NCBI GenBank assembly: GCA_038207335.1
Contig: JBBQZX010000014.1
Coordinates: forward strand, 1 to 64,000
Length of the DNA stretch: 64,000 bases
From: Chthoniobacterales bacterium
GTDB taxonomy: Bacteria; Verrucomicrobiota; Verrucomicrobiia; Chthoniobacterales; Chthoniobacteraceae
Direction: 5' to 3'
Shown here: in pieces, positions 49,978-58,936 of the stretch
How positions within the stretch are numbered: the first letter of the stretch is position 1
Layout of the letters: each line of letters begins with the position of its first letter
Program-made: the position numbers and the translations under genes
Notes under the pieces: model-generated
The model's database searches: none
Seen by the model: the letters and a program-made list of their open reading frames with translations, nothing else
Told to the model about the DNA's origin: nothing

Positions 49978-50634
49978 ATGCGTCCCCTGCTCTTTTCACT
50001 CACGCTGCTCGCCACACTTTCGCTCCGTGCCGCGCAGCCGCCCGACCTCACGCCGGTCAAAAAATGGATCGCGCGGCAGGATGATTTTCACGCTGTCTCC
50101 GCGGATTTCACGCAGACCCGCGCGCTGCGTGCGCTGCGCGATCCGCTGAAGAGCCCGGGCCATTTGTGGTTCTCCGAGCCCGACTCCTTTCGCTGGGAGC
50201 TTGGCGATCCCGTGAAGACGATCGTCCTGAGAAAAGGCGACGATGTCTTCGTCATCACGCCCGCGAAAAAGCGCGCCGAGCGGCACCCCGCAAATGGCCG
50301 GCAGGACGGCATCCAAAGCATGGCCACGATGAGCTTCCAGCTCGCGAAGGACTTCGCCGAATTTCAGCGCAAATACGAAACGCTCGAGGTCTCCGCGGAG
50401 GGAAATCGCTGCCACCTCGAGATCGCGCCGCGCGACCCGCAAACGCGCAAATTCCTCTCCAAAATCCAGATCGACTTCGACACCGCGAGCGGCGAGATGC
50501 TCGCCTTCGAGGTCCTAACGCGCGACGGTTCGTCGATGCGGAATGAATTTTCCAACGTCCGAGTGAACCCGAAACTCGACCGGCGCGTGTTCGATTTCGA
50601 CTTCACCGGATACGACATCGTCGATGCGAAATAA
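49978..50634 (+). CDS. LolA-like periplasmic lipid/lipoprotein carrier
   Basis: Signal peptide; ADFTQTR..L..P..S.G..WF..PDSFRWE; C-terminal FSNVRVNP. Confidence 0.85.
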   Translation: MRPLLFSLTLLATLSLRAAQPPDLTPVKKWIARQDDFHAVSADFTQTRALRALRDPLKSPGHLWFSEPDSFRWELGDPVKTIVLRKGDDVFVITPAKKRAERHPANGRQDGIQSMATMSFQLAKDFAEFQRKYETLEVSAEGNRCHLEIAPRDPQTRKFLSKIQIDFDTASGEMLAFEVLTRDGSSMRNEFSNVRVNPKLDRRVFDFDFTGYDIVDAK

Positions 50635-52987
50635 GACGCTCCTGCGCATCGGGATCGCCGTCGCGCTGCTCGCGTTCACGGTCGCCGGGCTCTCGCGCAT
50701 CAGCTTCAATATCGAGATTCTCAAGCTGCTCCCGGCCAATCTCCGGCAGGTCGAGGGGCTCTCGCTTTTTCTCAAAAACTTCGCGCTGCCGAACGAGTTG
50801 ATCGTCACCATCGAGTCGCCCGACAGTGACGCGGCGGAAGCCGCCGCCGACGAACTCGCGGCCCATCTCACCGAGCACGGTGATCTCGTGAAGCGCGCCG
50901 TCGCGCGCCCGCCGTGGGAAAAGAAGCCGGCAGAACTCGCAGCGTTTCTCGCGTATCTCGTCCTCAATCAGCCGCCGGACAAAGTGAGCGAAATGCTCGC
51001 CGGCATCGCGCCGGATCACACCGCCGCGACGCTCCACGCGAGCCTCGAAAAGCTCACCGATTCCGTCTCGCCGCAGGAGATCGCGCTACTGAGCTACGAC
51101 CCGTTTGGCTTCGGCGCGCCGCTCGCGCAGAGCGGACTTTTTTCCGGCGAGCAGCAGTCCGAATTCGCCTCCGCCGACGGCACATTCCGCGTGCTCTACG
51201 TCGAGTCCGCGAAGCCGCTCACGAACTACAAACAGACGATCGCGTGGACGAACGAGATCAAGCGCGTCGCGCGCGACTGGAGTGCGGGGCGCGCCGTCAC
51301 GCTCGGCTTCACCGGCGAACCGGGTTTCGTCGCGGACATCTCGAGCACGATGGAGTGGGACATGGCGTCCTCAGGCATCTGCACGTTCATCATCGTCGGC
51401 GCGATTTTTCTCCTCTGCTACCGCCGCGTGAAGCCGCTCGTGCAGCTCCAGGGCGTCATCACGATCGTCTTCTTTCTCTCGCTCGGCGCGGCGGGGCTTT
51501 TCCTGCGCCAGCTCACGGTGATCGGCGTCGGATTCGCCTCGATCATGATCGGCCTCAGCGTCGATTACGGGTACTTCATCTACCAGAAGTCGCTCACGCA
51601 CACCGGCTCCGTGCGCGACCTCCAGCGCATCTGTTTTCAAAATATCGTCTGGACCGCGGGCACCACCGCCGCCGCGTTTTTCGCATTGAATATGAGCAGC
51701 CTGCCGGGCCTCTCACAGCTCGGGAATCTCGTGGCCATCGGCGTTCTCGTCGGCGCGGGCGTAATGCTCACGGTCTTCGTGCCGCTCGCTGTGCGGCTGA
51801 AAAAAGTCGAGCCGCGCCCGTCGATCATCGAGCGGTGGATCGCCTCGCCGAGTGTGATGAATGCCGGCGCATGTGCGACACTCGCGCTGTTCGCCCTGCT
51901 CGCCGGCACGCTCATTTTCAAAGGCTCTCCCGCCGTCGATTTCTCCGCACGCTCGCTGCGCCCGCGCCACAGCGACGCCTACGACGCACTCGACCGCCTG
52001 CAGGCGAAACTCATCGACGACAGCGACCTCCTGAGCCTCGTCGTCAGCGGCGACACCGAAGCCCAAGTGCTTGATCGTCTCCGCGCCGCCGAAGCGAAAT
52101 TTGAAGCCGCAAAAGCGCGCGGACTGCTCATGAATTTCCGCACCGCGCTGCCGCTCTGGGCCGTGCCTGAGAATCAGCGCGCAAACCTCCCTCGCCTCGC
52201 TGCGCTCGCATCCGATGCGCCCCGCATGAAGCAGGCGATGCTCGATGCCGGCTTCACCGAAGAGTCGTTCGCGCTCACCGGTGCGGTGCTCGCGGACTGG
52301 GCGGCATCGGCCGCGAAGCCGCTTCCCATCTGGCCCGCGAACGACACGAGCCAGTGGATTTTTCGCCGCATGGTGAGGCATGAAAACGGGCAATTCCTCG
52401 CGCTCGGAATCGTCCACCCCGAGCCGCAAAAAGCCACGCAACTCGCCGAAGAAATCGAGGCGCCCGGCGTGCATCTCGTGAGCTGGAATCTGCTCGGCAG
52501 CGAGCTCCAGCGCGTCATCCCGCGGGAATTCCTCCACACGTTTCTCGCTCTCATCGGCATCGTCTTTTTCCTCCTCCTCATCGGCTTCCGCGGCGTACGC
52601 GATGTGCTGCTGCTCGCGCTCACGATGGCACTCGTCTTCGTGTCGCTCGCGGGCGCGATGACGCTCCTCGGCATGTCGTGGAATTTCTTCAACCTCGCCG
52701 CGATCCTCCTGCTGCTCGGCACCGGCATCGACTACAGCATCCTGCTCATCCTCGCGCTGCGCGAAAATCGCGGCGACCTCGCCGACGCGCAGCGCCAGCT
52801 CGGCCTCGTCATCGCGCTCTGCGCCGCCGCAGCCGCCGCGGGATTCGGCTCGATAAGTTGGGCAAATAATCTCGGCCTCGCGAGCCTCGGAAAAACGTGC
52901 GCGCTCGGCCTCGTGCTCGACGCGCTCATCTCCATTTTCCTCCTGCCCCGCGCGTGGAAACTTTTCCATCCCCGCGCCGCTCCGTGA
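50624..52987 (+). CDS. MMPL-family (RND) lipid exporter
   Basis: Two 1+5 TM halves with periplasmic loops; GLSVDYG and GTGIDYS motifs. Confidence 0.88.
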   Translation: MRNKTLLRIGIAVALLAFTVAGLSRISFNIEILKLLPANLRQVEGLSLFLKNFALPNELIVTIESPDSDAAEAAADELAAHLTEHGDLVKRAVARPPWEKKPAELAAFLAYLVLNQPPDKVSEMLAGIAPDHTAATLHASLEKLTDSVSPQEIALLSYDPFGFGAPLAQSGLFSGEQQSEFASADGTFRVLYVESAKPLTNYKQTIAWTNEIKRVARDWSAGRAVTLGFTGEPGFVADISSTMEWDMASSGICTFIIVGAIFLLCYRRVKPLVQLQGVITIVFFLSLGAAGLFLRQLTVIGVGFASIMIGLSVDYGYFIYQKSLTHTGSVRDLQRICFQNIVWTAGTTAAAFFALNMSSLPGLSQLGNLVAIGVLVGAGVMLTVFVPLAVRLKKVEPRPSIIERWIASPSVMNAGACATLALFALLAGTLIFKGSPAVDFSARSLRPRHSDAYDALDRLQAKLIDDSDLLSLVVSGDTEAQVLDRLRAAEAKFEAAKARGLLMNFRTALPLWAVPENQRANLPRLAALASDAPRMKQAMLDAGFTEESFALTGAVLADWAASAAKPLPIWPANDTSQWIFRRMVRHENGQFLALGIVHPEPQKATQLAEEIEAPGVHLVSWNLLGSELQRVIPREFLHTFLALIGIVFFLLLIGFRGVRDVLLLALTMALVFVSLAGAMTLLGMSWNFFNLAAILLLLGTGIDYSILLILALRENRGDLADAQRQLGLVIALCAAAAAAGFGSISWANNLGLASLGKTCALGLVLDALISIFLLPRAWKLFHPRAAP

Positions 52988-54021
52988 CTTTCCCCGAACT
53001 CCTCGCGCATCCCACGCCGCTGCTCGCGCTCGCGCCGATGCAGGACGTGACCGACCTCCCGTTCTGGCGGCTCATGCGCGAGTTCGGCGGCGCGGACGTT
53101 TACTTCACGGAATATTTCCGAGTCCACCGCGACTCACGGCTCGAGAAATGGATCCTCGAATCGATCACGCAAAATCCGACCGGACGCCCCGTCGTCGCGC
53201 AAATGATCGGCAACGACATCCCCTCGCTCGTCCGCACCGCACGCGAGCTGCAGCAGCACGACATCGCCGCCGTCGATCTGAATCTCGGATGCCCTGCGCC
53301 GATTGTTTATAAAAAGTGTGCGGGCGGCGGTCTGCTGCGCGATTTGCCGCGCATCGACTCCATCCTCGGCGCGCTCCGCGATGCCGTGCGCTGCGCCTTC
53401 ACCGTGAAGACCCGCATCGGCTTCGACGACCCCGCGATCTTCGACGAGCTGCTCCCGATTTTTGCAAAACACTCGCTCGACCTGCTGACCGTCCACGGTC
53501 GCACGGTCGCGGAGGGCTACAGGAGCGAGGTGCATTACGACGCCATCGCGCGCGCCGTGAGCGCCGTCCCCTGCCCCGTCCTGGCAAATGGAAACATCCA
53601 CTCCGCGGAGAAAGCCGCCGAGGTGCTCGCGATCACCGGCGCTCGCGGACTCATGATCGGACGCGGGGCGATTCGCAACCCGTGGCTCTTCCGCCAAATC
53701 CGCGAACGCGGGCGAGATGAGCAGCTCTTCGTCCCGCGCGGACGCGACCTGCTGGCCTACATCCACGCGCTTTACGAGGCGGTCTGCACGCCCGATGTCG
53801 GCGAGTCGTCGCAGGTGCAGAAGATGAAAAAGTATCTCAATTTCATCGGCCTGGGCGTCGAGCCGACGGGCCAATTCCTCCACGACATCCGCCGCGCCAC
53901 GACCCGTACCGGCTTTTTTGAAACGTGCGAACATTTCCTCGACCACGACGCGCCGATGCCACTCGAGCCCTACCCGCTCCCGCTAAAATCAACCGACGTG
54001 ATGGCGGGCTCGGCGCAGTAA
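52984..54021 (+). CDS. tRNA-dihydrouridine synthase family flavoprotein
   Basis: LAPMQDVTD, NLGCP, VKTRIG, VHGRT, ANGNI, MIGRGA..NPW; GTGA overlap with the MMPL stop codon. Confidence 0.9.
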   Translation: MTFPELLAHPTPLLALAPMQDVTDLPFWRLMREFGGADVYFTEYFRVHRDSRLEKWILESITQNPTGRPVVAQMIGNDIPSLVRTARELQQHDIAAVDLNLGCPAPIVYKKCAGGGLLRDLPRIDSILGALRDAVRCAFTVKTRIGFDDPAIFDELLPIFAKHSLDLLTVHGRTVAEGYRSEVHYDAIARAVSAVPCPVLANGNIHSAEKAAEVLAITGARGLMIGRGAIRNPWLFRQIRERGRDEQLFVPRGRDLLAYIHALYEAVCTPDVGESSQVQKMKKYLNFIGLGVEPTGQFLHDIRRATTRTGFFETCEHFLDHDAPMPLEPYPLPLKSTDVMAGSAQ

Positions 54022-54045
54022 TCCAACAGAAGCGCGCAAGCGCGA

Positions 54046-54105
54046 ATGGAGGGCATCACGCCATGAATGCCGCCCCACCGGCACCGACGGCGCGGTGCCC
54101 TCCAT
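54046..54105. repeat. REP doublet (REPIN-like) between convergent genes
   Basis: ATGGAGGGCA..TGCCCTCCAT outer inverted repeat; each half is a GGAG-led palindrome (GGCATCACGCCATGAATGCC / GGCACCGCGCCGTCGGTGCC). Confidence 0.65.
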
Positions 54106-54113
54106 GCGAAGCG

Positions 54114-54791
54114 CTACGCCACCGCGGTCGTCCGGCCGGTGCGCTTTTTTGCGAGGAGCGAGAGCGCGCTGTGGTGCGTTGCTGCGGCTTCGGCGGGGCC
54201 GGCGATGCTCGTTTCGAGGTCGCGCAGGAAGCCGTCCTGCAGGCCATAAACCCAGCCGTGGACGGTGAGTTCCTGGCCGCGTTCCCATGCGTCCTGCACG
54301 ATCGTCGTCTGGCAGACATTGAGCACGCCCTCGATCGCGTTCAGTTCGCAGAGGCAATCGGCGCGCTCCACCGGATCGATGATTTGCTCGAGCAGGGGCG
54401 CGTATTTTTCCGCGACATCGTGGACGTGCCGAAGCCAATTGTCCGCGAGCCCGATGCGCTGTTTCCTCAACGCCGCGCCGACGCCGCTGCAGCCGAAGTG
54501 CCCGCAGACGATGATGTGTTTCACCTTGATTACATCGACGGCGAACTGAAGCACCGCGAGGCAGTTGAGGTCGGTGTGCACGACGACGTTCGCGATGTTG
54601 CGATGCACGAAAACCTCGCCGGGCTTGAGGCCGGTGATCTGGTTCGCAGGCACGCGGCTGTCGGAGCAGCCGATCCACAGGTACTGCGGCGATTGCTGCT
54701 GCGCGAGTTCGGTGAAAAAGTCAGGATCGCCAGCCTTGATTTTCTCCGCCCACGCGCGGTTTTTGTCGAAAAGATGAGTAAGTGCGGACAT
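54114..54791 (-). CDS. can: Beta-class carbonic anhydrase
   Basis: WIGCSDSRVP, HRNIAN, CGHFGC. Confidence 0.96.
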   Translation of the reverse strand: MSALTHLFDKNRAWAEKIKAGDPDFFTELAQQQSPQYLWIGCSDSRVPANQITGLKPGEVFVHRNIANVVVHTDLNCLAVLQFAVDVIKVKHIIVCGHFGCSGVGAALRKQRIGLADNWLRHVHDVAEKYAPLLEQIIDPVERADCLCELNAIEGVLNVCQTTIVQDAWERGQELTVHGWVYGLQDGFLRDLETSIAGPAEAAATHHSALSLLAKKRTGRTTAVA

Positions 54792-54937
54792 CGCGCGCAC
54801 TTCTAACCGAAGGCGCAAAGGCCGCAATTCCGAATCCGTTGTAGCCGTGATCGTTGACCCCGGCGGCGGGCGTAAGCCCGCGGGCGCCTTGAAAGAACAT
54901 ATCGCACCGACCGCCACGCCGGGATCAGCGATCCCGG

Positions 54938-55302
54938 CTACAACTCCGGTTTTTCAGCGGGCTTGCTGTTTACGACTTGGCCGAGCATCAGCGTGCGCAC
55001 TTGATTCGTTTTGGTGTCCATCGCCGTCAAAACCGAAACATCCGCAGCTCCTTCTTCCTGGAGCTTCAACTCGAACTTCACGATCTTCAGAGTCGTGGCG
55101 GGGATGACCTCGCCGAATTTGAGAAACACCGTCGACCGGAGCGGATCGCCGGTGTTGATTTGAAAGCTCATCGTCTCCGGCTTTTTCGGGTCGCCGTCGT
55201 AGCTTTAGAAGACGAGTCCATCCGCTTTCCGATGCGGGTCGGTTCGGCAAGTGCCATCAGCGAGAGCGCCAGGACGCCGAGTGAAACGGGGAGCGTTTTC
55301 AC
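54938..55302 (-). pseudogene. Degraded secreted protein gene (frameshift plus nonsense)
   Basis: GTG 55302 gives signal peptide MKTLPVSLGVLALSLMALA; another frame reads GLVF*SYDGDPKKPETMSFQINT.., with TAA at 55205-55207. Confidence 0.55.
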
Positions 55303-55331
55303 CTCTTCAGCGGGACGATTCCGCGCGCGTC

Positions 55332-56876
55332 TCAGTTTTTCAGCGCGAGGCGCTGGCCCCAGGGCTGGTTGTAGAGCGCTTTGATTTCGGGGAGCGAGAG
55401 GGGTCGGTTATAGACGCGCACATCGTCGATCATCCCCTCGAAATTCTGCCATGTGCCGTCATCGACCGCGCCGATGGTCATCCACATTTTCTCGGTCGGG
55501 TAGTTGACGGTTTCATCCGTGGTGACTTCGCCGACGAGGTCGCCGTTGACGAAAAGTTTTAGCGCACGGCGTTGAGGTGAGATTCTCTCGATGGTCCCGG
55601 CGACGAAATACCACTGGTTCGGCTCGAGCGTTTTCGGCGACTGCGCGGATACGTGCTGGTTGGGCATCGGCTCGCCTTTTGGTGAGAATTTCAGCTCGTC
55701 AGTGAAGATGGTGAAGCGGGACTTCCCTGTGACGGAGCGGTCGGAACGGAACTCCGCCGTGCCGTCGGGATAGAGGTGCAGCTCCCACGGATCGCGGCCG
55801 AATTGCTGGTCGCCGAACCAAACGATCTGCGAGCCCCAGCGTCCGGCGATGGTGGAATAATTCACCCACGCGGCAATGGTGAGTGTCTCGTGGAGATCGA
55901 GGTCGGGCGAGGGCGCGACGGTGACGCTGTCCCACTTCATGATGCGCGCGGAGGAAGGATTTGGCCGCGTGAGGAGCGACCGGCCGCGGATGCCGGGGAG
56001 CATCCGCGCGCCGCCACGGATTTGCCCGAGATGTCCGTGACCGCTGGCGTCAGCAGCGGTGCCGTCGTCGAAATTCCACCAACCCACGAGCCCGCGCGTC
56101 GCCGGGGCGACGATCTTCGCGTCGGCTGCGGGCGGCACAGCTCCGGGATATTTTCCGCGCTCAGGCGGCGTGATGTTTTTCGCGTCGGGTTCGGGCGCAG
56201 GCACGGGGTGCTTGATCGGATCGATGACGACGTTCGCCCGCTTGGCGACTTTTTGAATTCCTTTCACCAGCGGGTTCTCCGGGCTGAGCGGATCGCCGAG
56301 CACGTCGGCGAGTTTCTTGAGCGCCTCGATATTTGCCTCGCCCTCGGTGACGGCGGGAAAAAGCACGATGCCATACACCTTCACCTCGCCGCTGATCCGG
56401 CGCAGCACGATGCTATCAGCGGTCGGATATTTCCGCAGCGGGATGATGAATGTGTCGGTCGTCGCCTCCTTGCCGACATCGACGAGATTACCGAAAAGAT
56501 CGACCTCCACGACGCGCCCCTGCGCATCGAAAAGCTGCACGGCGATGTCGGCGATGTCGGCGGTGTCGTCCGCGTCGAAGAGGATCGTCGCGACGAGGTC
56601 TTCGTCCATCTTCGAGCGATCGAGCACCACGGCGAGGCGGCCCGCGCCCTTCGGCTCGGTCGCCGGGACGAACCAGCAGTGCGGGTCATCGAAGAATCCG
56701 CCGCCGCGCTGCGTGATCTGCGTGATCCACGCAGGCGCGCCGGCATCCGCGAGGGCGGTGGGTTTTTCCATCTGCTTGTCAAAGCTCAGTTCCGCGACCT
56801 CGGGCTCCACGCCCCATGCCGCTGCGCTAAAAATCGCACAGACCAACAGACCGACCGCCGAGGGGAATAGCCGCAT
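55332..56876 (-). CDS. Secreted protein with a C-terminal LamG/concanavalin-like domain
   Basis: Signal peptide; GLVGWWNFDDG..DASGHG, TIAAWV, WYFVAGT, LFVNG, FEGMIDDVRVYNRPLS..EI. Confidence 0.88.
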   Translation of the reverse strand: MRLFPSAVGLLVCAIFSAAAWGVEPEVAELSFDKQMEKPTALADAGAPAWITQITQRGGGFFDDPHCWFVPATEPKGAGRLAVVLDRSKMDEDLVATILFDADDTADIADIAVQLFDAQGRVVEVDLFGNLVDVGKEATTDTFIIPLRKYPTADSIVLRRISGEVKVYGIVLFPAVTEGEANIEALKKLADVLGDPLSPENPLVKGIQKVAKRANVVIDPIKHPVPAPEPDAKNITPPERGKYPGAVPPAADAKIVAPATRGLVGWWNFDDGTAADASGHGHLGQIRGGARMLPGIRGRSLLTRPNPSSARIMKWDSVTVAPSPDLDLHETLTIAAWVNYSTIAGRWGSQIVWFGDQQFGRDPWELHLYPDGTAEFRSDRSVTGKSRFTIFTDELKFSPKGEPMPNQHVSAQSPKTLEPNQWYFVAGTIERISPQRRALKLFVNGDLVGEVTTDETVNYPTEKMWMTIGAVDDGTWQNFEGMIDDVRVYNRPLSLPEIKALYNQPWGQRLALKN

Positions 56877-56996
56877 AGACCACGATTGGAAACCGCTCCG
56901 GCGGCGCGGGCAAATTATTTTGCATCGCGGCGCGATCTTGCGCGGTGGAACCCGACCATCGCTCACGATGAGAACTTGAGGGTGCTACCCCAGTTC

Positions 56997-57671
56997 CTAG
57001 CTCTCGCACGTCGGCACATTGCCGATGGCATTGGAGAGCGTGGAACGTCGAAAAAGAAGGAGATGACTGTTGAATGGGGTGCGGGCCCAGAGGGGGCGCA
57101 CTTCGATCTCGAAGGCGCGATCTTCAAACGGTGCGGCAATCTCCGCGACCGTGGGAAAATGACGCACGCCGGACTTCATCCACGAGATGGCGCGGATGAA
57201 AAATTCCTCGAGCTGGGTGATACGGAAACGCAATGAGTTGCCGCGCGGGCATTCGCGGATGACGCAAAGACCGCCGGGCGGGATGCGATTGACGACAGCT
57301 TCAAGGAGGGCTCTCTGGGCGGGCGCATCGAGGTAGTGCAGCACGTCGATGATCGCGATATTTCCCGAGAAGTCCGGCAGGCACACTGCGTCGGATTTTT
57401 CAAAATGAAGGTCGTCTCCGACTCCCGCGGCACGCCGCGCTTGCGCTATTTTTCGCTCGTCGAAGTCGATGCCGTGGATCGGTTGGGTGTATCCATTTTC
57501 GCGGAGAAAAAGTCCGAGGAGGCCGATGCCGCAGCCGATGTCGAGGAGCGGGAGCGGCGACCCCGAGAGCAGCTTGGCGACGGTGGCGTAGATCGGGTCG
57601 CTTCGGAGTTTGCCGCGGACGTAACCGCGCATCCAGCGGCCCTCGAACCGCTGCGCGATCCGCTCGATCAT
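56997..57671 (-). CDS. Class I SAM-dependent methyltransferase
   Basis: LLDIGCGIG, GIDFD, DVLHY; ATGA overlap with the upstream halogenase-like gene. Confidence 0.9.
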   Translation of the reverse strand: MIERIAQRFEGRWMRGYVRGKLRSDPIYATVAKLLSGSPLPLLDIGCGIGLLGLFLRENGYTQPIHGIDFDERKIAQARRAAGVGDDLHFEKSDAVCLPDFSGNIAIIDVLHYLDAPAQRALLEAVVNRIPPGGLCVIRECPRGNSLRFRITQLEEFFIRAISWMKSGVRHFPTVAEIAAPFEDRAFEIEVRPLWARTPFNSHLLLFRRSTLSNAIGNVPTCES

Positions 57672-58912
57672 TTGATCGCGAGGTCGGCGGGGTCGAAGCC
57701 CTTGATCATGTGCTGCGACATGAAGCGGACGACGCCCCGCGCATAGCCGGAACTGGTGGTGGCACCGGATGCCATGCAGGCGATGTGCGTCTCGATGTGG
57801 CGGTGCAGGAAGCGCGTGAGGGGGATGTCGTACTTCTGACCCATCGCGCGGCCGGTGTGATACATCGCGAACATGCGGCCGTCGTAGTAGTAGCCGATGA
57901 GTTCCATCCACGCGGCGATGTGGCTGCGCATCTGGCGCTCGTATGCGGGGAGATCGTGGAGATGAGTGACGAGGAGTTCGGCGGAGTGGAGCGCGAGCCA
58001 GAGGCCGGGGGAGAGCATGGGGTCCACAAAGCCGAATGCGTCGCCGATCAAGGCCCATCCTTGGCCGCAGGCGCGCTCGGAGATGAGCTGGTAATTTGCG
58101 TAGGTCTCGACGCTGGAAATGCGGCGGCGGTTTGCGCCTGCGCGCGAGAGGGCGGGGTCTTGCGCGATGACGGCGGCGAGGCGCTCCTCGGGCGTAGCGC
58201 CGAGTTGCGCGGCGTCCTCTTTTCCCATGACGACTCCGATGGAGACGCAGTCGCGGAGTGGGATGCGCCAAGCCCAGCCGCCGGTGGCGAGGCGGTAAAT
58301 GACGACCTGACCGCGTGGCTCTTCCTGCGCGAAGCCCTCGTAGTGGGCGAAGTAGGAAACGTCGCGGCGTGGGCCGATTTGCGACGGGATTTCGAGGAGA
58401 CGCGAGAAGAGGCGGCTGCGCCCGGTGGCATCGACAATGAGGTCGGGCTGGCGTCCGCCGAACTGCAGCGCGAGCGCGAGAGAATCGGCGCTGAGCCGGA
58501 GGCGGTCGGCGTCACGCTCGAGCTGGGCGCGGGCGGGGATGAAACTCGCGCCGAGCTCCGCCGCGCGCGTCTCGAGGATGCGGTCGAAGGCGGGGCGCGG
58601 GACGTTGTAGGCGAACGTCGGCAGGGCGCAGCGCTTCACGGACTCGAAGCGGAAGTCGATCTGATCGTCCTCGCTCATCACGAACGTGACGCCGGGCTTG
58701 TGAAGGCCGACGGCCGCGACGCGATCCTCGATGCCGAGCTTTCTTAGGACGGGCAAAATCGCGGGGATCAGCGACTCGCCGACGAGCAGATCGGGGCGCT
58801 TTCCATCGTCGAAAACGACGACGCTCTTGCCCTGCACGGCCAGCAGCGAAGCGAGCGTGGAGCCGGATGGGCCGCCGCCGACGATCGCGATATTTTGGAT
58901 GTGCTTGCTCAT
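57668..58912 (-). CDS. Flavin-dependent halogenase-like protein (carrier-protein-acting type)
   Basis: GGGPSG, VGESL, candidate catalytic Lys in LHKPG, WAWRIP, GDAFGFVDPMLSPG. Confidence 0.82.
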   Translation of the reverse strand: MSKHIQNIAIVGGGPSGSTLASLLAVQGKSVVVFDDGKRPDLLVGESLIPAILPVLRKLGIEDRVAAVGLHKPGVTFVMSEDDQIDFRFESVKRCALPTFAYNVPRPAFDRILETRAAELGASFIPARAQLERDADRLRLSADSLALALQFGGRQPDLIVDATGRSRLFSRLLEIPSQIGPRRDVSYFAHYEGFAQEEPRGQVVIYRLATGGWAWRIPLRDCVSIGVVMGKEDAAQLGATPEERLAAVIAQDPALSRAGANRRRISSVETYANYQLISERACGQGWALIGDAFGFVDPMLSPGLWLALHSAELLVTHLHDLPAYERQMRSHIAAWMELIGYYYDGRMFAMYHTGRAMGQKYDIPLTRFLHRHIETHIACMASGATTSSGYARGVVRFMSQHMIKGFDPADLAIK

Positions 58913-58936
58913 TTCAAAAGTAGGCGCCTGCCAGGT

